Shown here: piece after piece, positions 62,405 through 64,000 of the stretch
Layout: each line of letters starts with the position of its first letter
Position numbering within the stretch: the stretch's first letter is position 1
NCBI GenBank assembly: GCA_023415515.1
Contig: JAEZKH010000318.1
Location: 242-64,241, forward strand
Reading direction: 5' to 3'
DNA: 64,000 nt
Origin: Actinomycetes bacterium
Lineage (GTDB): Bacteria; Actinomycetota; Actinomycetes; Mycobacteriales; Mycobacteriaceae
The notes under the pieces: generated by a model
What the model saw: the letters and a program-made list of their open reading frames with translations, nothing else
Told to the model about the DNA's origin: nothing
The model's database searches: none
Program-made: the position numbers and the translations under genes

Positions 62405-62844
62405 GCGGACTTCACAAAGCAGAAGGTCTGGGCATTCAAGCCGTCGGACGTCCTTTCGTCTTTGACTTCGTCGTCGACGGTGATCCGGCAGGTGATCGAA
62501 CTGCCGTCACCCTGGGCGACGATGTTCGGCGCGGCCGACGGCGCCGTTGTCTGCAGGGTCAGCGACCACGGCAGCGGTGCGCCGTCGACCCGCTGGGGTT
62601 TGGCGTCCAGGTCGAGATAGTTGATGTCGGCATAGGTTCCGGTGCCGAAGATCTCGTAGCGAACCACCTTGGGATCGAAGGGCTCGGGGTCGTCGGCGAA
62701 GTTGCGTGGCGTCACCGTGACGCCGTCCGCGCCGAAGAACGTGCGGACGCGGCTGACGGTCATGCCGGCGATCACGAGAACCGCGACGATCAACAGCGGC
62801 AACCATGCTTTTTTCAGGACGGTCAGTGGCGACTTGCCGCTCAT
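62401..62844 (-). CDS. mmpS: MmpS family membrane accessory protein
   Basis: [43 protein letters not shown]-terminal CFVKSA; ATGA overlap with mmpL. Confidence 0.94.
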   Translation of the reverse strand: MSGKSPLTVLKKAWLPLLIVAVLVIAGMTVSRVRTFFGADGVTVTPRNFADDPEPFDPKVVRYEIFGTGTYADINYLDLDAKPQRVDGAPLPWSLTLQTTAPSAAPNIVAQGDGSSITCRITVDDEVKDERTSDGLNAQTFCFVKSA

Positions 62845-62880
62845 CAACCCGTGTCCCTTCCGCCGGCGCGTCATCGGAAA

Positions 62881-62943
62881 CTTATACGGTCGGCTAAGTA
62901 TCGACAAGCCGTATGGCTTAGATCACTTAGCTAGAGGTTTTGT
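62881..62943. promoter_or_regulatory. Tandem TetR-type operator repeats upstream of mmpS
   Basis: CTTATACGGTCGGCTAAG (62881-98), ACAAGCCGTATGGCTTAG (62904-21) and a weaker CTTAGCTAGAGGTTTTGT (62926-43), spaced 22-23 nt. Confidence 0.5.
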
Positions 62944-63054
62944 TACGTCGGCCACACGGCTGAGTGCAACGGCCGGCGAATCCTGTGAGCGTGTTTAGGA
63001 TCGGGATCCACGAACAGGGGGTACGGTCAGCGGCACTGAGCAGAGGGGACGCGT

Positions 63055-63627
63055 GTGACGAAGTTGGCATCGCCCCGCGGGGTGGTCCGCGACCGCGTGC
63101 TGCAGGCGGCCCTCGAACTCTTCGCCGAGCACGGCGTCAGTGGGACGTCCCTGCAGATGATCGCCGACCGCGTCGGTGTCGCCAAGGCGTCGGTGTACTA
63201 CCAGTTCCACACCAAGGAAGACATCGTGCTGACGTTGATCGGCCCGGTGTTCGACGACATCGCCCGGTTGGTCAAGATCGCCGCCGCCATCGGGTCCGAG
63301 GAGGCGCGCCGCGACGTCGCCATCAGCGGTCTGGTCGAACTCGCGGTCCGCAACCGAAGCCTGACGACGGTGTTCTTCGGTGATCCCGCGATCGACCCGC
63401 TGATCCGGTCACACGACGAATTCGCCGCCGCCGTCGAGGGTTTCGACGCGTTGCTCGTCGGTCCCGAACCAGACGACGCTACGCGAGTGGCGATGATGGT
63501 GCTCACAGCGGGCATCTACGGCGCGGCGATCAGTCCCCGTCTGGTCGACGTGTCCGACGACGATTTGCACCGGCTGCTGCTGGAAACCACGTCGCGGCTG
63601 CTTCTCGCGCTGACCCCGGCCAAGTAG
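63055..63627 (+). CDS. TetR family regulator divergent from mmpS-mmpL
   Basis: RDRVLQAALELFAEHGVSGTSLQMIADRVGVAKASVYYQFHTKEDI HTH. Confidence 0.92.
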   Translation: MTKLASPRGVVRDRVLQAALELFAEHGVSGTSLQMIADRVGVAKASVYYQFHTKEDIVLTLIGPVFDDIARLVKIAAAIGSEEARRDVAISGLVELAVRNRSLTTVFFGDPAIDPLIRSHDEFAAAVEGFDALLVGPEPDDATRVAMMVLTAGIYGAAISPRLVDVSDDDLHRLLLETTSRLLLALTPAK

Positions 63628-63629
63628 TC

Positions 63630-63656
63630 GATTCGCCGGTAGGCGAAACGGGGTAC
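63630..63656 (+). promoter_or_regulatory. Putative SigF-type promoter overlapping a hairpin
   Basis: GATT-N17-GGGTAC ending 12 nt before ATG 63669; the spacer holds the inverted repeat TTCGCC-GGTA-GGCGAA. Confidence 0.45.
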
Positions 63657-63668
63657 ACATCGTCCGAC

Positions 63669-64000
63669 ATGCGCGACGACCGACTGTTGATTCCCGGTGA
63701 CACCTGCTGGCGGGTGGCGCGCGCCGATCGGTTCGCCTGCATCGTCGATGCCGCCGACTACTTCCGGCACGTGAAGACGGCGATGCTGCGCGCCAGACAT
63801 CGAATCATGCTGATCGGTTGGGATCTCGACGCCCGGATGACGTTCGAGCGTGGCGAGAAGACATTGGCCGGCCCCAACCAACTGGGCGCGTTCCTCTACT
63901 GGCTGCTGTGGAAGCGCGGCGAACTCGAGGCCTATCTGCTGAAGTCCAACCTGCGTCTGCTCCCCGCATTTGACGGCATCTGGTTCGGGCTGACGCCGGT
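63669..64000 (+). CDS. Phospholipase D-like protein, N-terminal part (runs off the window)
   Basis: My translation: MRDDRLLIPGDTCWRVARADRFACIVDAADYFRHVKTAMLRARHRIMLIGWDLD. The CWR...D...YF...A...I...GWD pattern is typical of the bacterial PLD N-terminus; HKD motifs are not inside the window. Confidence 0.75.
   Translation, partial: MRDDRLLIPGDTCWRVARADRFACIVDAADYFRHVKTAMLRARHRIMLIGWDLDARMTFERGEKTLAGPNQLGAFLYWLLWKRGELEAYLLKSNLRLLPAFDGIWFGLTP

Overview
High-GC actinobacterial DNA, most likely a fast-growing Mycobacterium/Mycolicibacterium (MmpS/MmpL pair, mycofactocin-type SDR, WS/DGAT, HAMP class III cyclases). About 55 tightly packed CDSs; no rRNA, tRNA, CRISPR, transposase or integrase recognised. 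The first ~45 kb is a chain of catabolic modules: (1) an IclR-controlled allantoin/glyoxylate cluster (aldolase-like DUF6986 protein, racemase, two NCS1 permeases, hyi, glxR, gcl, allB, allE); (2) a betaine/dimethylglycine/sarcosine demethylation cluster (Rieske oxygenase, ferredoxin, GcvT-fused DMG oxidase, soxBDAG, GntR, IclR); (3) what reads as a complete histamine-catabolic regulon at 24977-36443, in which a Nocardioides-type histamine dehydrogenase sits with a Pseudomonas hinFLHG-like imidazoleacetate operon, an APC permease and aspartase, and three promoters share an identically spaced LysR-type site (the best candidate for an undescribed system); (4) a CYP255-like P450 with a Gln-Glu I-helix motif plus ferredoxin; (5) a malonate decarboxylase operon with fused MdcDE, headed by a probably exported esterase. 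The last ~19 kb holds lipid-type genes: SDRs, WS/DGAT, methyltransferase, a second cyclase, sulfatase, esterase, a KstR-like TetR/amidohydrolase/fused FadE module, MmpS/MmpL/TetR and the start of a PLD gene. All family calls come from motifs read by eye and from recalled reference sequences; no searches were run.
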